Origin: Gemmatimonadota bacterium
GTDB taxonomy: Bacteria; Gemmatimonadota; Gemmatimonadetes; Gemmatimonadales; GWC2-71-9
NCBI GenBank assembly: GCA_039591075.1
Contig: JBDHEI010000004.1
Location: 120,302-184,301, forward strand
Length of the DNA: 64,000 nt
Direction of reading: 5' to 3'
The position numbers and the translations under genes are program-made. Under the pieces are notes generated by a model, which saw only the letters and a list, made by a program, of their open reading frames with translations, made no database searches and was not told the origin of the DNA. Below are positions 1-9,103 of the stretch, one piece after another (within the stretch, counting starts at the first letter, position 1; every line of letters begins with the position of its first letter).

Positions 1-1
1 G

Positions 2-424
2 CTCGAGCGTGTGCGTCGCTACGGCTCGCCTTTGAGCATCGTCATGCTCGATCTGGATTTCTTCAAGCGGATCAATGACGCGCGCGGCCACCTCGTCGGC
101 GATGAGGTCCTGCGACAAGTCGGCGAACTGCTCCGGGCTCATATGCGCGGCGTCGATACGGTGGCCCGCTACGGAGGCGAGGAGTTCGTGCTCCTGCTCC
201 CCGAGACTCCGCTCGAGGGTGCGCTCACCTCTGCGGAGCGATTCCGGGAACGGATCGAGCGACACGACTTCTCTCCCGACGGAACACGACTCGCCCTCAC
301 GGCGTCCATTGGCGTGACGACGATCCCGGCCGGGGAGATCGACAGCCCGGAAAATGCCCTCAATCGGGCGGACGCCGCGCTGTATCGCGCAAAGCGCGCC
401 GGTCGTAACTTGGTTCGCACATGA
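2..424 (+). CDS. Diguanylate cyclase (GGDEF domain), C-terminal part; 5' end lies outside the window
   Basis: Frame is open from the window edge to TGA 422-424. Translation contains RYGGEEF (GGDEF active site) and the DLDFFKRINDARGH block. Confidence 0.85.
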   Translation, partial: LERVRRYGSPLSIVMLDLDFFKRINDARGHLVGDEVLRQVGELLRAHMRGVDTVARYGGEEFVLLLPETPLEGALTSAERFRERIERHDFSPDGTRLALTASIGVTTIPAGEIDSPENALNRADAALYRAKRAGRNLVRT

Positions 425-1497
425 GTCGACGTTGTCCACGCTGCAAGGCCGTCTACGCTGGGGAGGCCCGATTCTGCCCCAAGGACGGGAGTCCGCTCGT
501 TGATGTGGGCGGGGTCGGCGGCCGGCCGATCCCGACCGCCTCCGGCGAACAGCGGACCCTCGTACGGCAGGTGATGACACCGCGAGAGGGTCCGAGCATC
601 AGCCGAGCGGGCGCACTCAAGGGTGAAGTGCTCGATCGGCGCTACGAAGTGCTCCGCATGCTCGGCGAAGGTGGCATGGCCTTCGTATACGAGGCCCGCG
701 ATCTCAACACCGACCAGTCCGTGGCCATCAAGATCCTCAGCCCGAAGCTCGGGACGGATGAGAGTTCCGTGGAGCGGTTGCGCCGCGAAGCAGGCCTCGC
801 CATGCGTCTCGAGCATCCCAACGCCTGCAGGATCCTGCGGCTCGGCGAGACTGAGGACGGACTCATCTATCTGGTGATGCCGTACCTCCGCGGTGAGCTC
901 CTCTCGGATCGTGAGGTGAAGATCGGTGCCATGGCGCTGAACGAGGGGGTGGAAATCCTGGCACAGTGTTGTGCTGGTCTGCACCATGCCCACGATCTGA
1001 ACATCGTCCATCGAGATCTGAAGCCCGAGAATATCATGCTCGTCCCCCGCGCCTCGGGCGGCGGCGAGATCGCGGTCGTGATGGACTTCGGGCTGGCCAA
1101 GGAGCGGCGCGCGAGCCCAGGCGTTGCCAAGCTGACGGCCACCGGCATCATTCTCGGGACTCCAGAATTCATGAGTCCCGAGCAGATCCGCGGCAAGTCA
1201 CTGGATCGGCGGAGCGATGTCTACGCGCTCGGGATCGTGGCCTACGAGCTGTTCACGACCAAGCTACCGTTTCAGGGACGCACGCCGCAGGAGATGATGA
1301 TTGCCCGCCTTCGTGGGAAGCCGATCCCCCTCAGTACGGTGCGGGCGGGCTTTCCCGGCGCACTCGAGGCCGTGCTCATGACTGCGCTCGAGAACGAACC
1401 CGACAACCGATACGCGACGATGCTCGACTTCGGACACGCGATGGTCGACGCACTCGACGACGCCGACAAGGACAGCCTGCGCGGACACCTGCGATAG
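421..1497 (+). CDS. Hanks-type Ser/Thr protein kinase with N-terminal zinc-ribbon
   Basis: 358 aa. CPRC...FCPKDG zinc-ribbon-like N-terminus, then HRDLKPENIM, DFG (MDFGLAK) and SPE motifs. The ATG overlaps the upstream stop (ATGA 421-424). Confidence 0.9.
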   Translation: MSRRCPRCKAVYAGEARFCPKDGSPLVDVGGVGGRPIPTASGEQRTLVRQVMTPREGPSISRAGALKGEVLDRRYEVLRMLGEGGMAFVYEARDLNTDQSVAIKILSPKLGTDESSVERLRREAGLAMRLEHPNACRILRLGETEDGLIYLVMPYLRGELLSDREVKIGAMALNEGVEILAQCCAGLHHAHDLNIVHRDLKPENIMLVPRASGGGEIAVVMDFGLAKERRASPGVAKLTATGIILGTPEFMSPEQIRGKSLDRRSDVYALGIVAYELFTTKLPFQGRTPQEMMIARLRGKPIPLSTVRAGFPGALEAVLMTALENEPDNRYATMLDFGHAMVDALDDADKDSLRGHLR

Positions 1498-1500
1498 GCG

Positions 1501-2376
1501 TTACGGGCGCTCGAACCGCGCCTGCGGAATGTCGAGATTGACCGCCACATCCCCAAACACGAGCGCTTTCGTACGTTTGCCGGACTCGGTGATGAAGTCC
1601 CGGCGAACGACGTAGGGGAAAGCAATTGCACCGACCCGCTCGGTCGGTCCCCAGATGAGCCGGTTGATGTTGGTTCGCCCCTCTTCGACATACGTGACCT
1701 CGAACGGCAATCCGTGGCCCGGCGCGAAATAGTAGGTGAATATGTCACTGTGCTCGCCGACCCCCTGCCCGAAGCTCACCTGGACTGCGTGATACCGGCC
1801 GTCGGGAGCCCGACGCTCACGGTCGCCCTCGCCGACCCAGGGTTCACCCGGGCGCTCACGCAGTCCCAGATAGTTGAGGTACACGCCCGGGTCGCGCAGC
1901 TTGAACGGCAGTCCGATCCAGTAGAACAGGTCCCGCGCGACATAGATGGCCTCCCGGGCATCCATCGCCGTATCAGGGAGCCCGGCCCCGTTCATGACGG
2001 CCCAGGCAGGATCCCGGCCGTTGAATCCCTGGATGATGAAGTCGTCACCTTCCCACCGCTCCACCCGGGTTTCCTCACCGTACGGCCCCTGCTTGATCGA
2101 GGCGTAACGGGGGCGCGAGCGCTTGAGGCGACCCGACAGGGTGTCGAAAAGGTGGGTGGTGACGGTGAAGTGAGCGGTGCGGAGCGCCTGGTACGTCTCC
2201 ATTTCGCCCACTGAGTCGATCCAAAGTCCGATGAGTGAATCGGCCATCGGGTCTTGGTTAGCTGGTCTCGGTGCCGTGCTGGTGTAGAAGGCGAGCAAGG
2301 GGAGCATGAGCAGAGCACCGCAGGAGAGGAAGCTCGCGAGGTGAGGGCGCGGGGAACGATCGGTTGGCGATGGCAT
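1501..2376 (-). CDS. Hypothetical exported or membrane-anchored protein
   Basis: Long ORF 1501..2451. I prefer the internal ATG at 2376 (MPSPTDRSPRPHLASFLSCGALLMLPLLAFY, a hydrophobic signal/anchor), because a 2451 start would collide with the divergent gene starting at 2450. No family recognised. Confidence 0.6.
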   Translation of the reverse strand: MPSPTDRSPRPHLASFLSCGALLMLPLLAFYTSTAPRPANQDPMADSLIGLWIDSVGEMETYQALRTAHFTVTTHLFDTLSGRLKRSRPRYASIKQGPYGEETRVERWEGDDFIIQGFNGRDPAWAVMNGAGLPDTAMDAREAIYVARDLFYWIGLPFKLRDPGVYLNYLGLRERPGEPWVGEGDRERRAPDGRYHAVQVSFGQGVGEHSDIFTYYFAPGHGLPFEVTYVEEGRTNINRLIWGPTERVGAIAFPYVVRRDFITESGKRTKALVFGDVAVNLDIPQARFERP

Positions 2377-2449
2377 CGGCGATATCTTGCTCGTCGTTGG
2401 GTCGTCTGGGATATTAGGCTCGGCCTCAGCTTGGAGCAACTCGTCGGCC

Positions 2450-3535
2450 ATGAAGCGCTACCCGGCATTCGATCCCCCCGAATACGTCGACTGGCGTCCG
2501 GATCCGGAGCTCGTCACCGGGTACGCGGCGGCGTGGGAGGCCGTGCCGGCTCGCAAGGAGGTGGTCGGTCGACTGGATAGAACCGTCCTCACGGGCCTGT
2601 ATGCCGGCATGGTGCGCGCGCGACTGCACGACATCATGCTCAAACGTTGGGTGCACCAAGGCGTCATCTCCAAGGCGTGGCTTGGAACCGGTGAAGAAGC
2701 GACCACGATCGGCCCGGTACACGCGCTCGATCGCGAGCGCGACGTGGTGGCGCCGATGATCCGAAATGCCGGGGCCTGTTGCGACATGGGTATGGCGGTT
2801 GCGGACATGTTGCGGGGCTACCTGGGCACCTACGATTCCCCGTCCAAGGGCCGGGACGGTCATGTCGGGGCGCTCGCACACCGCGTGCTGCAGCCCATTT
2901 CCAACATCGGCAACATGCCGGCCGTGACCATCGGCGTTGCGTTGGCCTTTCGGCTCCGTAACGAGCCGGGCGTGGCCTTGACGTGGGTGGGAGACGGATC
3001 GGTGAAGTCGGGTCCGACCCACGAGGCCTTCAATTTCGCCGCCGCACAACGGCTGCCGGTGATCTTCATCATCCAGAACAACCAGGTCGCGCTGGGAACG
3101 CCGGTGCGGCAGCATCACCGCCCCGCCGACTTCAGCGAGGTGCACAAAGCCTACGGTTGCGCCGGCTGGTCCTTCGACGGCAACAACGTGGTCGACGCCT
3201 ACGCGGCCACGCGAATCGCGGCGGACCGATGTCGCAACGGCGACGGCCCGGTGATTCTCGACGCCGAGACCTTCCGCATGGGGGGGCATGCCACCCACGA
3301 CGAACAGGAGGCACGCCGACTGTTCGATGCCGCCACGTTCACGTACTGGGGAAAGCGAGACCCAATCGGCTTGTACGAGGAGTTCCTCATCTCGATGGGC
3401 GTTGCGCGTGAGAAGTTGGAGCGGATCGAGGCCGAGGTGGCAGACGAAGTCGACCAGGCGGCAGCGGATGCGCTCGACAGCCGCTCCCGCAACATGCCGC
3501 CACCCGCCTCGGCGCTCGACGACGTGTACGCCTGA
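2450..3535 (+). CDS. Thiamine-diphosphate-dependent 2-oxoacid dehydrogenase E1 component, alpha subunit
   Basis: ATG 2450 (MKRYPAFDPPEY). TPP-binding block WVGDGSVKSG...PVIFIIQNNQ and overall E1-alpha-like sequence. Confidence 0.85.
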   Translation: MKRYPAFDPPEYVDWRPDPELVTGYAAAWEAVPARKEVVGRLDRTVLTGLYAGMVRARLHDIMLKRWVHQGVISKAWLGTGEEATTIGPVHALDRERDVVAPMIRNAGACCDMGMAVADMLRGYLGTYDSPSKGRDGHVGALAHRVLQPISNIGNMPAVTIGVALAFRLRNEPGVALTWVGDGSVKSGPTHEAFNFAAAQRLPVIFIIQNNQVALGTPVRQHHRPADFSEVHKAYGCAGWSFDGNNVVDAYAATRIAADRCRNGDGPVILDAETFRMGGHATHDEQEARRLFDAATFTYWGKRDPIGLYEEFLISMGVAREKLERIEAEVADEVDQAAADALDSRSRNMPPPASALDDVYA

Positions 3536-3575
3536 GCCGTCGCTACAGGAGCACCCCCGAAAAGCCCGCCTCGGC

Positions 3576-4952
3576 CTAGAAGTAGTTGCCGGTCAGGACG
3601 ATGTACACGATGATGACGGCAACGGCGACCGGACATAGGAACCGAATGAGGAACGCCCACACCGATCGGAGTCCGAAGGCCACACCCTCCAACTCGATTT
3701 CCTTCGCTGCACCCGCCACTCCCCAGCGATAGCCGATGAACACCGCCAAGAGCAACGAACCGACAGAGAGCGAGTAGTTGCCGAATACGATGTTCATGAG
3801 CGTGAGGAAGTCGACGTTCGCTCCAGGAACGCTGCTGAACAGGCCCACGGCGCCGAAGGCGAGGGCCGAAGGGACACCGAGCAGCGCGGTACCAAGTGTC
3901 GTGACCAGGACGGCTTTACCGCGCGACCACTTCCACTCGTCGATCAAGTACGAAACGGGGACCTCGAGCAGCGAGATCGTGGATGTCAGTGCGGCGATGG
4001 TGAGCAACAGGAAGAACGCCGAGCCGAACAACTGCCCGCCAGGCAGGGTGGCGAAGAGCGGCGGCAGCACCTGAAATACCAGGCCGACCCCGGATGCAGG
4101 ATCGAGCCCGGCATGGAACAGCGCTGGAAAGATGATGAGACCCGCTAGCAGGGCGATCATCGTGTCGAACAGACAGACGATCCCCGCCGACGCGACGAGA
4201 TCCTCACGTTTCCGGATGTAGCTGCCGTAGGTGATCATCGCGCCCATGCCGAGGCTCAGTGAGAAGAAGGCCTGGCCAAGCGCCGTTGGAAAGGTCTGGG
4301 CCCGGAGCTTGGAAAAATCGGGCGCGAGATAGAACTCGAGTCCCTCGCGGGCACCCGAGAGCGTCACTGAGCGAAACGCCAACACCGCCAGCAAGAAGAA
4401 CAGCATCGGCATCAAGATCTTCGACATCAACTCGATGCCGCGGGACACGCCACGCCACACGATGAGGGCCGTCAGCACCAGGAAGGCGACGAGCAGGCCG
4501 CTGCTCACCATCCAGTTGGACACGAAGTCGCCGAACACCGCCGCAGATTCCTGCGCGACGATGGTGTTGAAGCCACCGCTCACCGATTTGAGGAAATATC
4601 CGAATGTCCAGCCGGCGATGACGCCATAGAACGAGAGGATCCCCACGCCCGTGATTACCCCGAGCAGGCCGACGAACCGCCACAGTGTCCCCGGCGCCAC
4701 CACGGCAAAGGCACCGACGGGGTTCCGCGCGGTCCGACGCCCGAGCGCTAGCTCCCCGAGCATGACCGGCGCTCCGATCAGGAAGACGAACCCTAGGTAG
4801 ATGAGCACGAAGACAGCGCCACCGTTTTCGCCGACCACGTATGGGAAGCGCCAGATGTTGCCGAGACCGATCGCCGAACCGGCGGCTGCGAGAACGAAGC
4901 CGACCCGGGAACCCCACACGCCACGGGCGGGGGAGGCTGGGGCATCGGGCAT
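3576..4952 (-). CDS. Sodium-dependent transporter, neurotransmitter:sodium symporter (SNF/NSS) family
   Basis: 458-aa polytopic ORF with the NSS signature GLGNIWRFPY near the N-terminus. Confidence 0.9.
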   Translation of the reverse strand: MPDAPASPARGVWGSRVGFVLAAAGSAIGLGNIWRFPYVVGENGGAVFVLIYLGFVFLIGAPVMLGELALGRRTARNPVGAFAVVAPGTLWRFVGLLGVITGVGILSFYGVIAGWTFGYFLKSVSGGFNTIVAQESAAVFGDFVSNWMVSSGLLVAFLVLTALIVWRGVSRGIELMSKILMPMLFFLLAVLAFRSVTLSGAREGLEFYLAPDFSKLRAQTFPTALGQAFFSLSLGMGAMITYGSYIRKREDLVASAGIVCLFDTMIALLAGLIIFPALFHAGLDPASGVGLVFQVLPPLFATLPGGQLFGSAFFLLLTIAALTSTISLLEVPVSYLIDEWKWSRGKAVLVTTLGTALLGVPSALAFGAVGLFSSVPGANVDFLTLMNIVFGNYSLSVGSLLLAVFIGYRWGVAGAAKEIELEGVAFGLRSVWAFLIRFLCPVAVAVIIVYIVLTGNYF

Positions 4953-5032
4953 CAGGATCTCCTGCGTCGAGAGGTCGTGAAAGGATACGTGTCCGAGTCG
5001 GGATGTCCAGACTGGGTGGTGGTTGGGTCAGG

Positions 5033-5653
5033 TCACGCGTCCGGGGGACTCCCCTCGTCGGTGTGGATCGCACGCCACGCAGCCCGCCGTGCGAGCTGCG
5101 TGACCGGGTCGCGCGCGCTCCACGTCTTGTCACAGATTCGTTCGAGGGGGAGGCCGATGATGGTGATCCAGAGATCGGTCCAGAGATCCACCGACCCCGG
5201 GCGGATCTCGCCGGACGACTTTCCCTCCACCAGGATCCGACCGAGGGCAACTCGCAGCTCTGCCGCTAGATCCCGGCTTTTCGGATCGAGCAGGCCGGGG
5301 AACCGAGCGAAGAAGACGAGCCTGACAGGGGCAGGATCGTGACCGGCCACATCACACCACGTGCCAGCGACATGCTCGAGCCGGTCACGGCATGAGCCGG
5401 TGGCCGCGGTGATCGGGGCGAGCAACAGGCGGAGGGCCGCACGGTACAACTCGTTCAGCAGCACCTGCTTGCTTTCGAAGTGCCGATAGATGGATCCCTC
5501 CGCAACGCCCGCGGCCGCTGCAATCTGCGGGGTCGTGGTGGTGTGGTACCCATGGGTCGTGAAGAGATCGATGGCGGCGCGCACGATGCGGTCGCGAGTT
5601 GACTGAGAGCTGCGACGGCGGGTCGAAGGCTGGGCAGGAGGGTGGGTGGCCAT
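5033..5653 (-). CDS. TetR/AcrR family transcriptional regulator
   Basis: Start trimmed to ATG 5653 (MATHPPAQ...). HTH block RIVRAAIDLFTTHGYHTTTTPQIAAAAGVAEGSIYRHFESK. The 5' extension to 6067 is Arg/Ser/Pro-rich and not protein-like. Confidence 0.85.
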   Translation of the reverse strand: MATHPPAQPSTRRRSSQSTRDRIVRAAIDLFTTHGYHTTTTPQIAAAAGVAEGSIYRHFESKQVLLNELYRAALRLLLAPITAATGSCRDRLEHVAGTWCDVAGHDPAPVRLVFFARFPGLLDPKSRDLAAELRVALGRILVEGKSSGEIRPGSVDLWTDLWITIIGLPLERICDKTWSARDPVTQLARRAAWRAIHTDEGSPPDA

Positions 5654-5792
5654 CGCCCTAGGGTAGCACTGGGGGGTGCGGCTGCCAAGCTGTGCGTCAG
5701 GGTGCCGTGTTGGATGCGGATTCGGTAGCTTGGCAACTCGGGGGGCTCGTCCGGTGCTCCACCGTGTGGCGTACCGGAAAGGAGCGTGCGGG

Positions 5793-6323
5793 GTGAAGGT
5801 ATCGAGCAAGCGACAGCTGGTGCAAAGTTGGGAGGAGGGGGTGCCGTATGCTGATTTTCGGGCAACGGTCGACGTCCTCCGCGCGCTGTGGGAGGGTGTG
5901 TATCGTACGGCGCGGATTCCCCCATGGGCGGTGGAGCGAGCCGGCGTTCGCGGGGAGGGAGTTTCGCTCCTCGCCATCTCGGAAGACTGGTGCTGGGATG
6001 CCGCGAACGTCCTACCGGTGCTCGCCAAGCTCGGTGACGAGACGGAGCTGTTCCCCCTGCGCCTCATCTCGCGCGACGCGAACCCCGACGTGATGGATCG
6101 CTATCTCACACGCGGAACCCGATCGATCCCTATCGTGATCGCGCTCGATCGGGACTTCCGGGAGGTCGGCTACTGGGGCCCGCGGCCAGCCGCCCTCCAG
6201 GTCTGGGCACTGGAGAACAGGGCCCGTCTGCCGAAGAGCCAATTCTACGGCCACATGCGACGCTGGCACGCGCAAGACCGCGGTGAGTCGGTGCTTCGGG
6301 AAGTGCTGGCGCTCCTCGACTGA
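5793..6323 (+). CDS. Thioredoxin-fold family protein (single-Cys WCWD variant)
   Basis: GTG 5793 preceded by AAAGGAG. Blocks LLAISEDWCWDAANVLPVLAKL and RSIPIVIALD resemble the thioredoxin-like family that normally carries WCGD. Divergent from the TetR gene. Confidence 0.7.
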   Translation: MKVSSKRQLVQSWEEGVPYADFRATVDVLRALWEGVYRTARIPPWAVERAGVRGEGVSLLAISEDWCWDAANVLPVLAKLGDETELFPLRLISRDANPDVMDRYLTRGTRSIPIVIALDRDFREVGYWGPRPAALQVWALENRARLPKSQFYGHMRRWHAQDRGESVLREVLALLD

Positions 6324-6333
6324 CCGCGGCGGT

Positions 6334-7644
6334 TCAGACCGCCTTCAAGACACTCTGCAGTATCGACGTCGCACGCTCCACGTTGGCCTCACTGAACACC
6401 AGCGCCGGGCGGAACCGGATGGATCGGGGTCCGCAGGCGAGTGTCGCAAACCCGGCATCCCAACAGGCCTGGCGCACCCTCTTCCGGGTGTCGGTGTCTG
6501 GCAGGTCGAACGCCAGCAGCAGGCCCTTCCCCCGGGCGTTCGTGACGACGGGGAATCGGGCCTGGAGCCGTTCAAGCTCGCTCTTGAACTGGGCGCCGAC
6601 GCGCGCGGCATTGGCCACGAGATCGTCTTCGTGGATGATCTGCAGGTACCGGGCGCACCGGACCATGTCCACCAAGTTGCCGCCCCAGGTGGAGTTGATG
6701 CGCGACGAGACGTGGAACACGTTGCGCTCGACGTCGTCGATTCTGGACGTCGACATGACGCCGCACACCTGGGTCTTCTTGCCGAACGCCACCAGATCCG
6801 GCGTGACACCGAGATCCTGGAACGCCCACATGGAACCCGTAATCCCCATGCCGGTCTGGACTTCGTCGAAGATCAGGAGCGCGTCACGCTCATCGGCGAT
6901 GGCGCGCAACTGGCGGAAGAACTCCGGTCTGAGGTGATTGTCGCCACCCTCGCACTGAATCGGCTCGATCAGGATGGCCGCGATACCGTGCGGATCCCGC
7001 TGGAACGCCGACTCGATTTCGCGTACGGCGGCCTGCTCCGCGGCCGCGACCTGTGCCACGTCGATGGGGAAGTGGATCGTCGGATTGGAAATCCTGGGCC
7101 ATGCGAACTTCGGGAAATCGGCGGTCTTCAGCGGGTCGGTATTGGTCACGGAGAGGGTGTAGCCGCTCCGTCCGTGGAACGCATCCCGGAAATGGAGGAT
7201 CTTGTCCGCACCACCCTCGACGCCGCGTGCGCGGTTCTTCTGTGCCTTCCAGTCGAACGCGGCCTTCATGGCGTTTTCGACGGCCAACGCGCCGCCGGCG
7301 ATGAAGAAAAGATGGCGGAAGTCGTCGGGCACGGCGACGTCGCGAAACGTCTTCACGAACCCGGCGTACTCCCGCGAGTACACGTCGCTGTTCGCCGGAT
7401 TGGCGAGCGCCGCCTGGAGGAGGGACTCGCGAAAGCCCGCATCGCTGAGCTTTGGGTGGTTATGTCCCAACGGCAGGGTGGCGAAGTACGTGTAGCAATC
7501 CAGGTATTCCTTGCCGGTGAGCGCATCGACCATCCTCGACCCGTGGGACTTCTCGAGGTCGATCACGATGTGGAAGCCGTCGACGAGGATATTCTCGCGG
7601 AGGATCCCGAACACCTGATCGGCGGGAACGGTGACTTGAGCCAT
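6334..7644 (-). CDS. lat: Class-III PLP aminotransferase, L-lysine 6-(epsilon)-aminotransferase-like
   Basis: 436 aa. The N-terminal region (VDGFHIVIDLEKSHGSRMVDALTGKEYLDCYTYFATLPLGHNHPKL) and the length resemble Lat rather than GabT/ArgD. Confidence 0.8.
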   Translation of the reverse strand: MAQVTVPADQVFGILRENILVDGFHIVIDLEKSHGSRMVDALTGKEYLDCYTYFATLPLGHNHPKLSDAGFRESLLQAALANPANSDVYSREYAGFVKTFRDVAVPDDFRHLFFIAGGALAVENAMKAAFDWKAQKNRARGVEGGADKILHFRDAFHGRSGYTLSVTNTDPLKTADFPKFAWPRISNPTIHFPIDVAQVAAAEQAAVREIESAFQRDPHGIAAILIEPIQCEGGDNHLRPEFFRQLRAIADERDALLIFDEVQTGMGITGSMWAFQDLGVTPDLVAFGKKTQVCGVMSTSRIDDVERNVFHVSSRINSTWGGNLVDMVRCARYLQIIHEDDLVANAARVGAQFKSELERLQARFPVVTNARGKGLLLAFDLPDTDTRKRVRQACWDAGFATLACGPRSIRFRPALVFSEANVERATSILQSVLKAV

Positions 7645-7921
7645 GAGTACTCTCCTGAACCGCCTTGGAGCTGGCAGGGCTGGGCTGCCAGCGAGGATTA
7701 CGTCCGGAACACGAAGTGGCTCATGGTGACGCTGTCGCCGGACCGGCGGCGTCGCCGGGCAAGCCTAGCGACGGTTGGGCGGCGCGAAGATGCCCGGGCG
7801 GGCGTTCTCCGGGAGGAGATGAACCAGGAGGGTGTTTGGAGGCATACCGTAATCTAACAGCACCGAGAGGCGGGCTCGACGCACGTCGGGGGAATCTCGG
7901 CCGGTAAGGTCGGGCTTCACG

Positions 7922-9103
7922 TCAAAAGGGCCAGCGCGTGTGGAAGAACCACACGATGCCGTCCGGGCCTATCCCGGCAGTCGTTCCCAGAATGCCGGTC
8001 CGAAAGAACTGTGCGACGAGCCCTACGCCTCCACCGACCATCAGGTCCTTGGTAGTCACGCTGAACTCACCGGCGGGAAACACACGGGCGGCATCGAGGA
8101 ACCCGACGGCGGTCACGCGAAACAGCGTCGGGAAGGCAAAGAAGTCATACCGCACGTCGAGATTGGCCAGGAGCTTATCCGCGTCCAACAGCCGTCGGGC
8201 CGGGATGGCCCGGTGTGATTCCGCACTGCCGATACCTCTGAACGGACGGTCGCTGGACTCGATCAAGGCGTAGGAGCCGAGCTGTGGGGTGCCGCTCATC
8301 GTTTGGCCCAGGACCCGGGCGGCAATCGTCAGATTCGGGAATGCTGGCAGATAGCCTGTGGCCGACACCGTGGTGCGGGTGTAGCTCATTGCGGAAATGA
8401 CGCCGGAGTCGGCGATACCCACGATCGCCTCGATCAAGAAGCCCCGAGTCGGAGCCGGCTCATCGTTGCGTGTATCGAAGACGAGCCCGATCCGTGCCGA
8501 CGCATCGGCCGTTCCCTGCCCGATAGAAGGATCAGCCCCGGCGGCGAGATCCTGCGCCAACTGACTGGGACCGGACAGGGTGTCGATCCGCCATCGTTCG
8601 AGGTGGAGACCTGCCAAAACACGGAGCGGCCCGACGATGCCGCGCTGGACTTCACTCCGCGCGATCCATCGGGTGTTGTTAGAGCGATAGAAATGGGGAG
8701 CGGCGTCGGTTTCGTTCGCGTCGTCGTAGACGCTGGCGTTGCCGATCCCGAAGTAGCGCGCGCGCGCGTCGCGTCTGCCCTCCAGGGTCACAACGTAGCG
8801 CCATTCGTGGACCCATTTGGGGGCTCGGAACGCGAGCTCGAGCCGCTTGGAGCCGGAGGTCGAGATGTGGCCGTCCAGCGAAACCATCGCCCGATACGGC
8901 TCGGGCGCCTCCCACTCGCCGTATCCGAGCTGATTGATCTGCGCATGGAAGAGTCCGGTGGAGAGGCCTTCGGTCGGACCCCAGGTGATCCACGGGAACG
9001 AGAGATTCGTCCAGTCGCGCCCGAAGGTCGGCACGTCTGGGATCTGCGCCACACCCGGAGATGCGACGAGGGCCACGAGCGCAAAGACGACGGTCGGCCT
9101 CAC
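7922..9103 (-). CDS. Outer-membrane beta-barrel protein (Omp85/surface-antigen-like), function unknown
   Basis: Start trimmed to GTG 9103 (VRPTVVFALVALVASPGVAQ signal peptide), which overlaps the upstream stop as GTGA. C-terminus is ...FFHTRWPF (aromatic terminal residue). Alternating beta-strand-like composition. Confidence 0.75.
   Translation of the reverse strand: MRPTVVFALVALVASPGVAQIPDVPTFGRDWTNLSFPWITWGPTEGLSTGLFHAQINQLGYGEWEAPEPYRAMVSLDGHISTSGSKRLELAFRAPKWVHEWRYVVTLEGRRDARARYFGIGNASVYDDANETDAAPHFYRSNNTRWIARSEVQRGIVGPLRVLAGLHLERWRIDTLSGPSQLAQDLAAGADPSIGQGTADASARIGLVFDTRNDEPAPTRGFLIEAIVGIADSGVISAMSYTRTTVSATGYLPAFPNLTIAARVLGQTMSGTPQLGSYALIESSDRPFRGIGSAESHRAIPARRLLDADKLLANLDVRYDFFAFPTLFRVTAVGFLDAARVFPAGEFSVTTKDLMVGGGVGLVAQFFRTGILGTTAGIGPDGIVWFFHTRWPF

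Noticed and set aside
5654-6067. Long 5' extensions of real genes in the ORF track: 5033..6067, 32208..33605, 33985..35304, 34854..35846, 48465..50201, 50713..52425, 58588..59571, 36100..36813, 26644..27309.
   Set aside because: The extensions overlap neighbouring genes and have Arg/Ser/Pro-rich, non-protein-like sequence. Internal starts give sensible signal peptides, RBS-like sequences or 4-nt coupling with neighbours.
6283-7857. 524-aa plus-strand ORF. Similar very long ORFs occur at 14475-15848 (-), 16845-17687 (-), 41551-42552 (-), 46023-46970 (+), 48711-49985 (+), 53791-54921 (-) and 60053-61045 (+).
   Set aside because: Each lies antisense to, or out of frame with, a gene that has clear family motifs (lat, serA, leuS, beta-lactamase-fold, TPR, DUF4153 and others). 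Their translations are Arg/Gly/Pro/Asp-rich low-complexity sequence typical of shadow frames in GC-rich DNA.
7645-7921. Possible lysine riboswitch in the 277-nt leader of the lysine aminotransferase-like gene.
   Set aside because: I could not find the conserved L-box elements on the coding (minus) strand. The GAGAGGCGGGC string is on the wrong strand. A covariance-model scan would be needed to be certain.
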